Below are positions 51,195-59,934 of a DNA stretch of 64,000 bases, one piece after another. The translations under genes were made by a program, and so were the position numbers. The notes under the pieces were generated by a model. That model was not told the DNA's origin. It searched no databases and saw nothing but the letters and a program-made list of their open reading frames with translations. Source of the DNA: Chloroflexota bacterium (GTDB taxonomy: Bacteria > Chloroflexota > Limnocylindria > Limnocylindrales > CSP1-4); NCBI GenBank assembly GCA_003141455.1, contig PLMA01000067.1:17340-81339 (forward strand). Reading direction: 5' to 3'. The first letter of the stretch is position 1. Each line of letters starts with the position of its first letter.

Positions 51195-51283
51195 AGGGCA
51201 CCCTATCTCCGAAGAGGGTTCGCAAGACCACGAACCCAAGCTCGAAGCGCCGGACCACGCAACCGGCCGCCGAGCCGGGCGGC

Positions 51284-52744
51284 ATGGCCGTACTTCAAAA
51301 CAGGCCGTTCCTGCTGCTTTGGCTGGCCCAGCTCTCGACGCAGGTGGGCGGCAACACGGTCATCTACGGCCTGACGATCCTGATCAGGGAGCTCACGCAC
51401 TCCAACACGGCGGTCAGTGTGCTCTTCCTGAGCTTCCTTGTGCCGGCGATCGTCTTCTCGGCCATCGCAGGGGTCTTCGTCGATCGAGTCGACAAGCGGC
51501 ACATGCTGGTCGTCACGAACGTACTCCGGGGTCTCGCGTTCCTGGCGATCGTCCTGGTCGGCGACAACCTGCTCCTTCTCTACACGCTGATGGTGCTGGT
51601 GGCGACGATCACGACCTTCTTCGGGCCGGCGGAAGCCTCCATGATCCCGTTCCTCGTCCCGCGCCCCCAACTGGTGGCCGCGAACGGCTTCTTCACGCTG
51701 ACGTCGAACGTGGCGTTTGCCCTTGGCTTCGCCCTGGTCGGCCCATTCCTGATCGCTCTGGCGAATCCTCAGGCGCTGGTGGCCATAGTCGCCGCCCTCT
51801 ACTTCGTGGCAGCGGCCTTCTGCTGGACGCTGCCCTCCGACCCGCCCGTGGAAGACGGTGCGGAGACTGCCGGTCAGGCCGTCGCGGACGCGGAGCGAGC
51901 GGTCGAGACGATGCTCGGCGAACTCGGCGAGGGAATGGCCTACATTCGCGACCATCGAGGGGTCCGTTGGACGCTCTCGTTCCTGGGGATCACCGGGGCG
52001 CTGGTCGGGATCCTGGGCGTGCTGGGCGTGGGATTTGCAGAGACCACACTCGCTCTCGGTGAGAAAGACTTCGTCGTGGTGGTTCTGCCGCTCGGGCTGG
52101 GCATCGTGACCGGGATCGTCGGCCTGAACTACTTCGGGCGGCTCGCTCCACGCCGGCGCGCCATCGAGGTTGGGATGATCAGCCTCGGCATTCTCGTGGC
52201 GCTGCTTTCGGTCGCCGGGCCGATCTCTCACTTCCTCGAGAACAACGTCGCGGCCCAATTCCGTGAGGCGAGCCGGGTCGTTTCGGTCCTGTCCCTGGTG
52301 ATCGTCATCGCCTACCTGATCGGCTGCGCCTACGCGGTCGTGGCCATATCGGCCCAGACGCAGCTCCAGGAGGATCTGCCGGAAGAAGTCAGGGGCCGTG
52401 TCTTCGGCGTTCTGAACATGCTCGTCTCCATCTCCAGCCTCGCCCCTATCCTCGTCGTGGGGTTCATCGCCGACCTCGTTCAGCCTGAGGGGGTGATCCT
52501 CGTCGCCGGGATCGTGACCGCACTTTGGGGGGTCGCCAGCGTCGTGAATCGCGGTTCCCTCCGACCGGCCGAGGTGGAGGCTCGGGCGGGTGCGCCGATG
52601 ACCGGTTCGCCGGCGGACCCCATCACCGTCGCTCTATCCCCCAGCGATCTGACGGCGGGCCCCGCCGCAGGTACGGACGACGATGCGGATCCCGCCGTGC
52701 ACCACGCGTCGAGGCGGGGTCTTAAAGACGGAGAGTCATCCTGA
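51284..52744 (+). CDS. MFS transporter (12–14 TM)
   Basis: MAVLQNRPFLLLWLAQLSTQVGGNTVIYGLTILI… typical MFS N-terminus. An alternative start at ATG 51191 overlaps the DUF951 stop (ATGA) and adds a Lys/Arg-rich 31-aa leader. Confidence 0.8.
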   Translation: MAVLQNRPFLLLWLAQLSTQVGGNTVIYGLTILIRELTHSNTAVSVLFLSFLVPAIVFSAIAGVFVDRVDKRHMLVVTNVLRGLAFLAIVLVGDNLLLLYTLMVLVATITTFFGPAEASMIPFLVPRPQLVAANGFFTLTSNVAFALGFALVGPFLIALANPQALVAIVAALYFVAAAFCWTLPSDPPVEDGAETAGQAVADAERAVETMLGELGEGMAYIRDHRGVRWTLSFLGITGALVGILGVLGVGFAETTLALGEKDFVVVVLPLGLGIVTGIVGLNYFGRLAPRRRAIEVGMISLGILVALLSVAGPISHFLENNVAAQFREASRVVSVLSLVIVIAYLIGCAYAVVAISAQTQLQEDLPEEVRGRVFGVLNMLVSISSLAPILVVGFIADLVQPEGVILVAGIVTALWGVASVVNRGSLRPAEVEARAGAPMTGSPADPITVALSPSDLTAGPAAGTDDDADPAVHHASRRGLKDGESS

Positions 52745-54153
52745 TGGCGAGTGCGCCCGAGGCCGGAATGGAGCCCAGAGAGAGCACGCCCGCCCAATGG
52801 CGCGCCGCCGCGATGGGGATCCTCTTCGGTGGTTTTGCCGTGGGGCTCATGGCCAGCGGCAAGCGGATGAGCCGCGCGGTCCCGCTGATCACGGCCGGAG
52901 TCGCCCTCGGCTGCGCCGTTCCGGTGGCGCTGGCCTCGCGGCGGCCGCCCATCTCGCCGGAGGAGGCCGCCGACGCGCTAGTCGACGCTCCTGATCCGCC
53001 CACGTTCAGCATCGTCGTCGCCGCCCGCGACGAGGCTGCCGTTCTCCGACAGCTGGTCGCCGACGTCAGCCGGCAACACTATCGGAGAAGGGACGGCCGG
53101 CCGCTCTTCGAGCTCATCGTCGTGGACGACAGGTCGACCGACGGCACCGCCGACGCCGTCATCGCGGCAGCCGCGGACGGGGGCATCGAGGCCGTCACAC
53201 GCGTCGTCCCAAGACGCGGAGAGGGCCTTCCGGATGGGAAAGGCGCGGCACTCACGGCGGCCCAACCCGACGAGTGCGGCGGCGACGTGATCCTCGTGCT
53301 CGACGCGGACGCGCGCCTGGAGCCCTGGTTTCTTCGCAGAGCGGCCGGGTACTTCGCGGCCGGGGCCAATGCCGTCACGGCACGGCGGCGGATACTGGAA
53401 TCGGACCACGGCTGGCTGGAGGGTGCGCAGGCCGATGAGCAGACGCTCGACGGGGAGCTGAACCGAGGGCGCTGGGCGCTCGGAGGATGTTCCGAGTTCC
53501 GCGGCAACGGCATCATGGTTCGTCGCGAGCTTCTGGCGCGGGTCGGAGGATGGCGCGCCTCGGCGCTGACCGAGGACATCGATCTGTCGAGCCGGATCGC
53601 TGCCGTGGCAGGGGAACGCGTCGCCTGGGCCCTGGACGTGGAGGTATGGGAGGAGCCCGTTCGAAGCGGAGAGCGCCTTTGGAGCCAGCGGTTGCGCTGG
53701 GCGGAAGGCGCGCTGAGGCGGGCCTTCGAGCACGGGCCGGCGGTAGTGGCGAGCCCGCGTCTCTCAGCCGGCGCTCGACTCGACTTCGTAACCTACGTCG
53801 GGCAGCTGGCCGTTCCGCCGATCGTCCTGGGGGCTGCGGCATCGGCCGTTGTGACCGGACGGCGCCGGGCACTGGCCTCGATCGTCGGCGGTTACCTCGG
53901 CACAAGCGCCCTGCTCGGCTGGGACGCTCTTCGCTGGGAGAGCCACACCGACGGCGGAGCGCTTTCCACGAGCGAGCGACTGAGGCGTACGTTCCGGGTA
54001 TCGCTCTTCGGGGGCCTGTGGCTCGTAGCCGTGCCGCGAGCACTCGCCGCCCTGGCCTTCCGACGTGGACCTATCCGCTACGTGAAGATGGAGCATCGCG
54101 GCGCGAGCGAGCCCGAGTCCGATCCCTCGGCAACGAGACGGTCCGAGGCCTAG
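52744..54153 (+). CDS. membrane-embedded family-2 glycosyltransferase, processive type (QxxRW)
   Basis: FSIVVAARDEAAVL…LIVVDDRSTDGT (DXD region), LVLDADARL, and WSQRLRWAEG (the QxxRW motif of processive beta-glycosyltransferases). N- and C-terminal TM segments. The start overlaps the MFS stop (TGATG). Confidence 0.78.
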   Translation: MASAPEAGMEPRESTPAQWRAAAMGILFGGFAVGLMASGKRMSRAVPLITAGVALGCAVPVALASRRPPISPEEAADALVDAPDPPTFSIVVAARDEAAVLRQLVADVSRQHYRRRDGRPLFELIVVDDRSTDGTADAVIAAAADGGIEAVTRVVPRRGEGLPDGKGAALTAAQPDECGGDVILVLDADARLEPWFLRRAAGYFAAGANAVTARRRILESDHGWLEGAQADEQTLDGELNRGRWALGGCSEFRGNGIMVRRELLARVGGWRASALTEDIDLSSRIAAVAGERVAWALDVEVWEEPVRSGERLWSQRLRWAEGALRRAFEHGPAVVASPRLSAGARLDFVTYVGQLAVPPIVLGAAASAVVTGRRRALASIVGGYLGTSALLGWDALRWESHTDGGALSTSERLRRTFRVSLFGGLWLVAVPRALAALAFRRGPIRYVKMEHRGASEPESDPSATRRSEA

Positions 54154-54447
54154 ATCTGCTGGGCAGAATCGGTGCGGCAGGTACGGCGGTCCGTGATAAG
54201 CCCGAGATAAGCGGGACCACGTAGAGTCGGTTCGCCAGCGCTGCCGTTGCCGAGCCATCCGGTTGGACTTGAGCGGTCGCAGCGTTGGGGCCGGCTGCCG
54301 TCGGCCTTCGTGACGGCGCGCTTTGCCAGGAGGGGCCATCGACTAGCCGCGTTTCTCCGGGGACGCGCACGGCGGTTCGCCATTCGCGCCTCGCACCCAC
54401 CGCTTCCCGCCGCAGGTTGCTTTCCGCCCGCCTCTACAGGAGGTCCC

Positions 54448-55206
54448 ATGAAACGAGCGGAAGTGTTGCTCGTTTCCATCTTGCTTGCGGCGTCGACGCT
54501 CGGTGCGACGGCACAGGCCGTGTCCGCCCACAGGGGCGACGTCTGGTCCAACTCAGACGGGTTCAGTTCAAACTGCCTGGGGTTCACCGACACGTACCCC
54601 CAGCAGCTGTACAACCTCGCCAACGCTCAATTGCCCAAGCTCGGGTACAGCCCGTTGCGTGGCGACCTCGGGCCGGCTTTCACGACATCGGCATTCCTCG
54701 GCAACGTGGCGTACCCCTGGGCGGTGTACGCGCACACGCATGGTGACAACTACTGGGCGGCGTCCGGCTATCCGAACGTCGACTCGGCCATTCTCCAGGA
54801 CCCCGGCTCGGGCGGGTGCAACGACTCCGGGCGGGACAAGATCCGGTCGAGCGCGATCAAGTCGGCCACTCATGGCGGGGTGTTCAACCTGGTGATCATG
54901 TCGACATGCATGCTCGGCGCGAATTCGAGCACCATGCCCGACGCGTTCCAGATCGAGAAGACCAAGTCATCGACCCAGCGCGAGTTCTACCTCGGCTACG
55001 TGAACTCCACCTACGACAGCGCCGCCTTCCGGTTCGAGCAGGCGTTCTGGAGCTACCTCAACGCCAACGTCCTCCATCTCAGAACCGCATACCAGGCCTT
55101 CACCTACGCGATGAGCATTGGCGGGTACCCCTATCCGGACTCCGCCAATCCGTTCCAGGCCAATTGGTGGGGCAACCCCAACTTCAACGGCGTTCCGGGG
55201 TGGTGA
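54448..55206 (+). CDS. hypothetical secreted protein (253 aa)
   Basis: Signal peptide MKRAEVLLVSILLAASTLGATAQA, AGGAGG 4 nt upstream; family not recognised (YAHTHGDNYW … NLVIMSTCMLG). Confidence 0.55.
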   Translation: MKRAEVLLVSILLAASTLGATAQAVSAHRGDVWSNSDGFSSNCLGFTDTYPQQLYNLANAQLPKLGYSPLRGDLGPAFTTSAFLGNVAYPWAVYAHTHGDNYWAASGYPNVDSAILQDPGSGGCNDSGRDKIRSSAIKSATHGGVFNLVIMSTCMLGANSSTMPDAFQIEKTKSSTQREFYLGYVNSTYDSAAFRFEQAFWSYLNANVLHLRTAYQAFTYAMSIGGYPYPDSANPFQANWWGNPNFNGVPGW

Positions 55207-56174
55207 TGATGACTAGAAGGAAGACAGCTGCAACCTTCACGACGAGTGGAGCTTTCAAGGCGGTCCTGGCCGCTGCCGTCGTGGTATTCGGTCTGGCCGC
55301 CACGGCCGATCGGATGATCGCTACCAGCACCGGCGGCTCGGACACGGTCGTCGGCGTCGGCGGCGTCGACGCCGCGAAAGTCGGCCCGCCGGTCATGACC
55401 GCCACAGTTCTCAATGCCGACGACAGCCCCGACGTGTTCCGTCGTGCGGCGTCGGCCAGGGATGCCTTCGGCTTCCCGGTCGGTGCGACACGCACAGGCA
55501 AGCATATCCGTGACACCTACAGACCAACCGACTACGACGAGGTGGAAGAGGTCGACGGCACGGGCCAGCCTCTGGCCCTGACGCAGTTCGATCCGGCAGG
55601 CCGCCTGGTCTCGGCGGTGCGTTTCGACCGACCCTCTGCGACTTCGCCGAAGGTCGATAGGGACGCGGCTACGAAGGCGGCCACGCGCGGTCTCTCCGCT
55701 TCCGGTGTCGCCGTGGCGGGCCAGTACCAGGCCGATGCCGATGCGGTCCTGGGCGGCTGGAACGTCCATTGCGATCGCTCGCAGGACGGCTTCAAGGTTC
55801 GCGGGGACGAAACCCGCGTCCACGTATGGCCCGACGGCCGCATCCAGAGCGTCGCCCACGTCGAGCACCAGCTGGCGGCCGCGCCGGCTGAGCGGCTCGG
55901 GATCGACGACGCGAGGAAAGTGGTCAGCGGTCAGTTCGATCGCTGGTTCGCCGGTCGTGCCTCGAGCTACGCGGTACAGCAGATGACCCTCGAGTGGGTC
56001 GAGCCAAATGCGGCGTTCGACGCCGCCAAGCTATCCGCTGCTCCTGCTCCGTATCGGCTGGCTTGGGTCGCCAATGTCAAGCCGTCGGGCGTCGCGGCAG
56101 GCTACGTTTCGCTGGTAACCCTGTACGTGGACGCCGCAAACGGCACCATTCTTGGCGGTGACGTGGTCGAGTAG
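55206..56174 (+). CDS. membrane-anchored protein with tandem PepSY-like domains
   Basis: N-terminal anchor FKAVLAAAVVVFGLAA. Two segments carry a PepSY-like pattern (…RDAATKAATRGL…, …ARKVVSGQF…YVDAANGTILGG). The ATG overlaps the upstream stop (TGATG). Confidence 0.5.
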   Translation: MMTRRKTAATFTTSGAFKAVLAAAVVVFGLAATADRMIATSTGGSDTVVGVGGVDAAKVGPPVMTATVLNADDSPDVFRRAASARDAFGFPVGATRTGKHIRDTYRPTDYDEVEEVDGTGQPLALTQFDPAGRLVSAVRFDRPSATSPKVDRDAATKAATRGLSASGVAVAGQYQADADAVLGGWNVHCDRSQDGFKVRGDETRVHVWPDGRIQSVAHVEHQLAAAPAERLGIDDARKVVSGQFDRWFAGRASSYAVQQMTLEWVEPNAAFDAAKLSAAPAPYRLAWVANVKPSGVAAGYVSLVTLYVDAANGTILGGDVVE

Positions 56175-56272
56175 ACTCGACCGTCACTGACTGTTCGTCC
56201 GTGGCCGTCGATATGGCGGCCACGGAGGACTGAGCAAAGGAACTCCTACGAGGCAACGGGGAAGGGGATTAC

Positions 56273-57217
56273 ATGACGGACGATCGACGCTGCATCAGGG
56301 TCGCGGCGGTCGCTGCGGCGCTATGTCTGTTCGCCTCAGCCTGTGCGGGGTCGCCGGTTTCGACTTCGATTTCGACGACTGCCGCATCGGGCACGCCTCA
56401 GTTGGTCGTTCTGGGAGACGGGGTGAGCGGCGGATTCGGGCTGTGGAGCTTCGAAGCACCCGATCGCTGGGCGGCGCTGGCGCCGCTCTCTTCGGCGACG
56501 GGAATCGCTCGGTTTGGCAACAGCCTGGCTATAGCCAGCCGCGGATCCGTCGAGGTCCGATCTGCCGGGACGCCGGCCACCGCGGGGACGGCGCTTCCGA
56601 TGAAATGGCAGGCACCGGCTCCGACGACGCCCATCGTCGCTCTGGCTCAGTCGCCCAACGGCAAAGTCGCCCTCTCTACGTCGGACGGGGAGTCCCATAG
56701 CTACTGGCTCGTCGCCGCCGATGGCAGCGTCGAGCCCCTGGAGCCAACCCCGTCGCAGTCGTTTACCGCACTCGTGGCCTGGTTGGACGACTCGCGATTG
56801 CTCGTCCTGACTACCGACAAGCAGCAGGTTTCCAGGCTCGCGGTCGTGGATGTGACAGCCCGGACGATCGAGCCGTCGCCGGTCCTGGCGGGGATCCGTG
56901 TCTTCGCCGTGTCCCACGACAGACGCTACCTGTCGGTTGCGACCGAGACAACCGTCTACGCCGGACCGGTCGAGGCGTTCCTGGGGACCGGCCAGCCGGC
57001 GACGGTCGCCACGGTCGATCCTTCCGCGGTGGTGTGGGGCCTCGCCCTGGACGACGCCGGGACGCGGTTGGCGATGCTATCGGGGACGGTGTCCGCCGAC
57101 GGACTGGTCACCTCGGTGCGAGAGATCGGGTATGCGAAGGGCTCGGAGTCATGGGTCAAGGAGTTCGACTCGCCCGCGCCATTCGGCAAGGCCACAGCTC
57201 AGGTGTGGATGCCCTGA
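56273..57217 (+). CDS. hypothetical lipoprotein (probable beta-propeller-like)
   Basis: Lipobox-like LCLFASAC after a basic N-terminus, then Ser/Thr/Val-rich repeats. Confidence 0.5.
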   Translation: MTDDRRCIRVAAVAAALCLFASACAGSPVSTSISTTAASGTPQLVVLGDGVSGGFGLWSFEAPDRWAALAPLSSATGIARFGNSLAIASRGSVEVRSAGTPATAGTALPMKWQAPAPTTPIVALAQSPNGKVALSTSDGESHSYWLVAADGSVEPLEPTPSQSFTALVAWLDDSRLLVLTTDKQQVSRLAVVDVTARTIEPSPVLAGIRVFAVSHDRRYLSVATETTVYAGPVEAFLGTGQPATVATVDPSAVVWGLALDDAGTRLAMLSGTVSADGLVTSVREIGYAKGSESWVKEFDSPAPFGKATAQVWMP

Positions 57218-57309
57218 GGCTCTCGCTGGAGCGCCACGGATCGTCACGCTGATGCTTCGACCGCAACTCCGCGCTGGTGGGCAGGCCTGTGCTACGATCC
57301 GCCCCGCTC

Positions 57310-57386
57310 GGGCGGTTAGCTCAGTTGGTTAGAGCGCATGCTTGACATGCATGAGGTCAGAGGTTCAAGTCCTCTACCGCCCACCA
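57310..57386 (+). tRNA. tRNA-Val (anticodon GAC)
   Basis: Acceptor GGGCGGT/ACCGCCC. D-arm GCTC-AGTTGGTTA-GAGC. Anticodon stem CATGC/GCATG with loop TTGACAT. T-arm AGAGG-TTCAAGT-CCTCT, discriminator A and encoded CCA. Confidence 0.8.
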
Positions 57387-57389
57387 TTC

Positions 57390-57675
57390 GGGGCCACGCA
57401 AGTGGCGCCGGCCAACTCCATAACGAAAGCGATGAGCGGGACACTCCGCGCCGGATCGATCCAAGAGAGCCGCCGCCGCGAAAAGCGGCTGAGAGCGACG
57501 GCATCACACCCGGCCACGACACCACCCGCGAGCGACCGGTCAACCGGTCCGGGTCCGCCCGTTAGCGCGGACAAGAGCGCGCGGCGACGCCGAAAGCGAA
57601 CGGCGCCGGTGCGAAGGCGGGTGGAACCGCGAGAGATGCCTCTCGTCCTGTCGGACGGGAGGCTTTGTATTCGGC
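57390..57675 (+). promoter_or_regulatory. T-box riboswitch leader of thrS (with terminator/antiterminator)
   Basis: Conserved T-box sequence GGCGGGTGGAACCGCGAG at 57617–57634 (consensus AGGGUGGNACCGCG). It is followed by a GC-rich hairpin CCTCTCGTCC-TGTC-GGACGGGAGG and a U-rich CTTTGTATTC. Upstream AGAGAG…TGAGAG segments are GA-motif-like. The specifier loop could not be parsed by eye. Confidence 0.6.
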
Positions 57676-57715
57676 GGGGGCGGCGGGAGCCGCAAGCGGC
57701 GAGTCGGGAGACGAG

Positions 57716-59584
57716 ATGAGCAACGACGATCAGACAGGAGCGCAAGTCGCGCCCGCCCCAAGCGGCGCCGCAGCCGGGCCGGACGAGCAATTCGAAGCCG
57801 CGGTGCGCGGCTCGGTCGAAGAGCTCCTGGACGCCGGTGCGCACACCGACCTGGACGCAATGCGCCACTCCGCGGCTCACGTCATGGCGGAGGCTGTGGT
57901 TGGGCTCTTCCCGGACGCGCAGCTGGGTATCGGCCCCTCGATCGACGACGGCTTCTACTACGACTTCCTCCTCTCCCGGCCTCTCACACCGGACGACCTG
58001 GCGGCCATCGAGGCCCGCATGAGCGCTTCGATTGCTGCCGACCACCCCTTCGTCCGCAAAGAGGTCCCATTCGCAGAGGGCCGCGCCTTCTTCGAGGCTC
58101 GGCGGCAGCCCTTCAAGGTCGAGATCCTCGACGACCTGGCTGCGAAGGCGAGCGAGACGGGCGAGCCACTGTCTCCGACTTCAACCTACGAACACGGGCA
58201 ATTCATCGACTTGTGCAAGGGACCGCACGTCGCCAGCACCGGCAAGATCGGCCCGTTCAAGCTGATGACGGTGGCCGGAGCCTACTGGCGCGGTTCCGAG
58301 AAGCGGCCGATGTTGCAGCGCATATACGGGACGGTCTGGCCCACCCAGAACGAGCTGGACCTCTACCTCCAGAGGCGCGAAGAGGCCAAGAAGCGCGACC
58401 ATCGCCGCCTCGGCGTGCAGCTGGATCTGTACAGCTTCCACGACGTCTCGCCCGGTGCCGCGTTCTGGCACCCCAAGGGCTGGACGCTCTACCGGACGCT
58501 CGAGAACGCCATGCGCGAGCTGCAGGCGGACCGAGGCTATCAGGAGATCTACACGCCGCCGATGGTGGCCAAGAAGCTGTGGGAACAGTCGGGCCACTGG
58601 GACCTCTATCGCGAGCACATGTTCCTGATCGAGACGGAGGAGCAGACGTTCAGCCTCAAACCGATGAACTGCCCCGAGAGCACGTTCATCTACAAGAGCC
58701 GCACCCGCTCCTACCGCGATCTACCGCTGCGCCTGTCCGAGTACGGCAAGCTTCACCGCAACGAGCTGTCCGGCGTCCTGGCCGGGCTCACGCGCGTACG
58801 CCATTTCGTCACGGACGACGCCCACATATACGTCCGGCCGGACCAGATCGGTTCGGAGATCGAGGCACTGTTGGGCGAGGTGCGCACGTCCTACTCGTGG
58901 TTCGGGCTGGAGCCCCACTTCACCTTCGGCACGCGCCCCGAGAAGGCGTTGGGCGACCCCGCGTTGTGGGAACGCGCCGAGAAGCTCATGCGCGACGCGC
59001 TCGAGAGCTCAGGTATGCGCTACCGCACGAAGGAAGGCGACGGAGCCTTCTACGCGCCCAAGATCGACATTCAGGTGGAGGACGCCCTGGGGCGCGAGTG
59101 GCAGACGGCCACAATCCAGGTGGACCTGGTGATGTTGCCCGAGCGCTTCGACCTCACTTACGTGGACGAGAACGGCGACCACGTTCGGCCGGTGGCTATC
59201 CACCGCGCCATCTACGGCTCGCTGGAGCGCTTCATCGGCGTCCTGGTCGAGCACTTCGCGGGAGCCTTCCCGGTCTGGTGTGCCCCGGTCCAGGTCGTCG
59301 TTATTCCGATTGCCGATCGCCATGTCGCCGCCGCTGAAGAGCTGGCGGGGCTGCTCAGGGCCCGCAAGCTGCACGTGGAGGTAGATGGCTCCGACAGTCG
59401 AATGCAGAACAAGATCCGTCTCGCCCAGGAGCAGAAAGTCCCGTACATGCTCGTCCTGGGCGACCGTGAGGTCGAGGCCCGGACGGTGGCGATCCGCAAT
59501 CGCGCTGGCGAGCAGGAGAATGGCGTGACGTGGGACGCCTTCATCGATCGATTGGCGGAAGAGACGGCTGCCCGGCGGCCCTAG
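57716..59584 (+). CDS. thrS: threonine--tRNA ligase
   Basis: TGS/editing region HSAAHVMAEAV, class II motifs and the C-terminal anticodon-binding region …HRAIYGSLERFIGVLVEHFAGAFPVWCAPVQVVVIP. ATG at 57716 inferred. Confidence 0.93.
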   Translation: MSNDDQTGAQVAPAPSGAAAGPDEQFEAAVRGSVEELLDAGAHTDLDAMRHSAAHVMAEAVVGLFPDAQLGIGPSIDDGFYYDFLLSRPLTPDDLAAIEARMSASIAADHPFVRKEVPFAEGRAFFEARRQPFKVEILDDLAAKASETGEPLSPTSTYEHGQFIDLCKGPHVASTGKIGPFKLMTVAGAYWRGSEKRPMLQRIYGTVWPTQNELDLYLQRREEAKKRDHRRLGVQLDLYSFHDVSPGAAFWHPKGWTLYRTLENAMRELQADRGYQEIYTPPMVAKKLWEQSGHWDLYREHMFLIETEEQTFSLKPMNCPESTFIYKSRTRSYRDLPLRLSEYGKLHRNELSGVLAGLTRVRHFVTDDAHIYVRPDQIGSEIEALLGEVRTSYSWFGLEPHFTFGTRPEKALGDPALWERAEKLMRDALESSGMRYRTKEGDGAFYAPKIDIQVEDALGREWQTATIQVDLVMLPERFDLTYVDENGDHVRPVAIHRAIYGSLERFIGVLVEHFAGAFPVWCAPVQVVVIPIADRHVAAAEELAGLLRARKLHVEVDGSDSRMQNKIRLAQEQKVPYMLVLGDREVEARTVAIRNRAGEQENGVTWDAFIDRLAEETAARRP

Positions 59585-59692
59585 GGCTCGGGCCGACCGG
59601 TGTCTGGCTGGCGCCGCCTGGCCGCTCGTCGTGGTCGCTAGACTCGTCGCGGCAGGTCGGAATTCCGGACGCAGTTAGGTTGGAGGATCTGG

Positions 59693-59899
59693 GTGGAGCG
59701 GCTGCACGACGTCGACGTGGGGAGGGTACTGATCGGGCTGCTCGTCGCCGGCGTCGGTTTCTATTACTTCCTCACGAACACGCTGGGATTGGCGCTGCCG
59801 CAGCTCGACTGGGATCGAGTCTGGCCGCTCTTCGTCATGGCCATCGGCCTTGGCATCGTGTCCGCCAATTTGCTCCGTCATAGAGGCTCCGGTTCTTGA
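59693..59899 (+). CDS. hypothetical small membrane protein (68 aa, 2 TM)
   Basis: GGAGGA 7 nt upstream of the GTG; LIGLLVAGVGFYYFL and LFVMAIGLGIVSANLL hydrophobic helices. Confidence 0.4.
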   Translation: MERLHDVDVGRVLIGLLVAGVGFYYFLTNTLGLALPQLDWDRVWPLFVMAIGLGIVSANLLRHRGSGS

Positions 59900-59934
59900 C
59901 GCTCTGGCGGAATCGACGGAAGCGCGTCGCCGAC

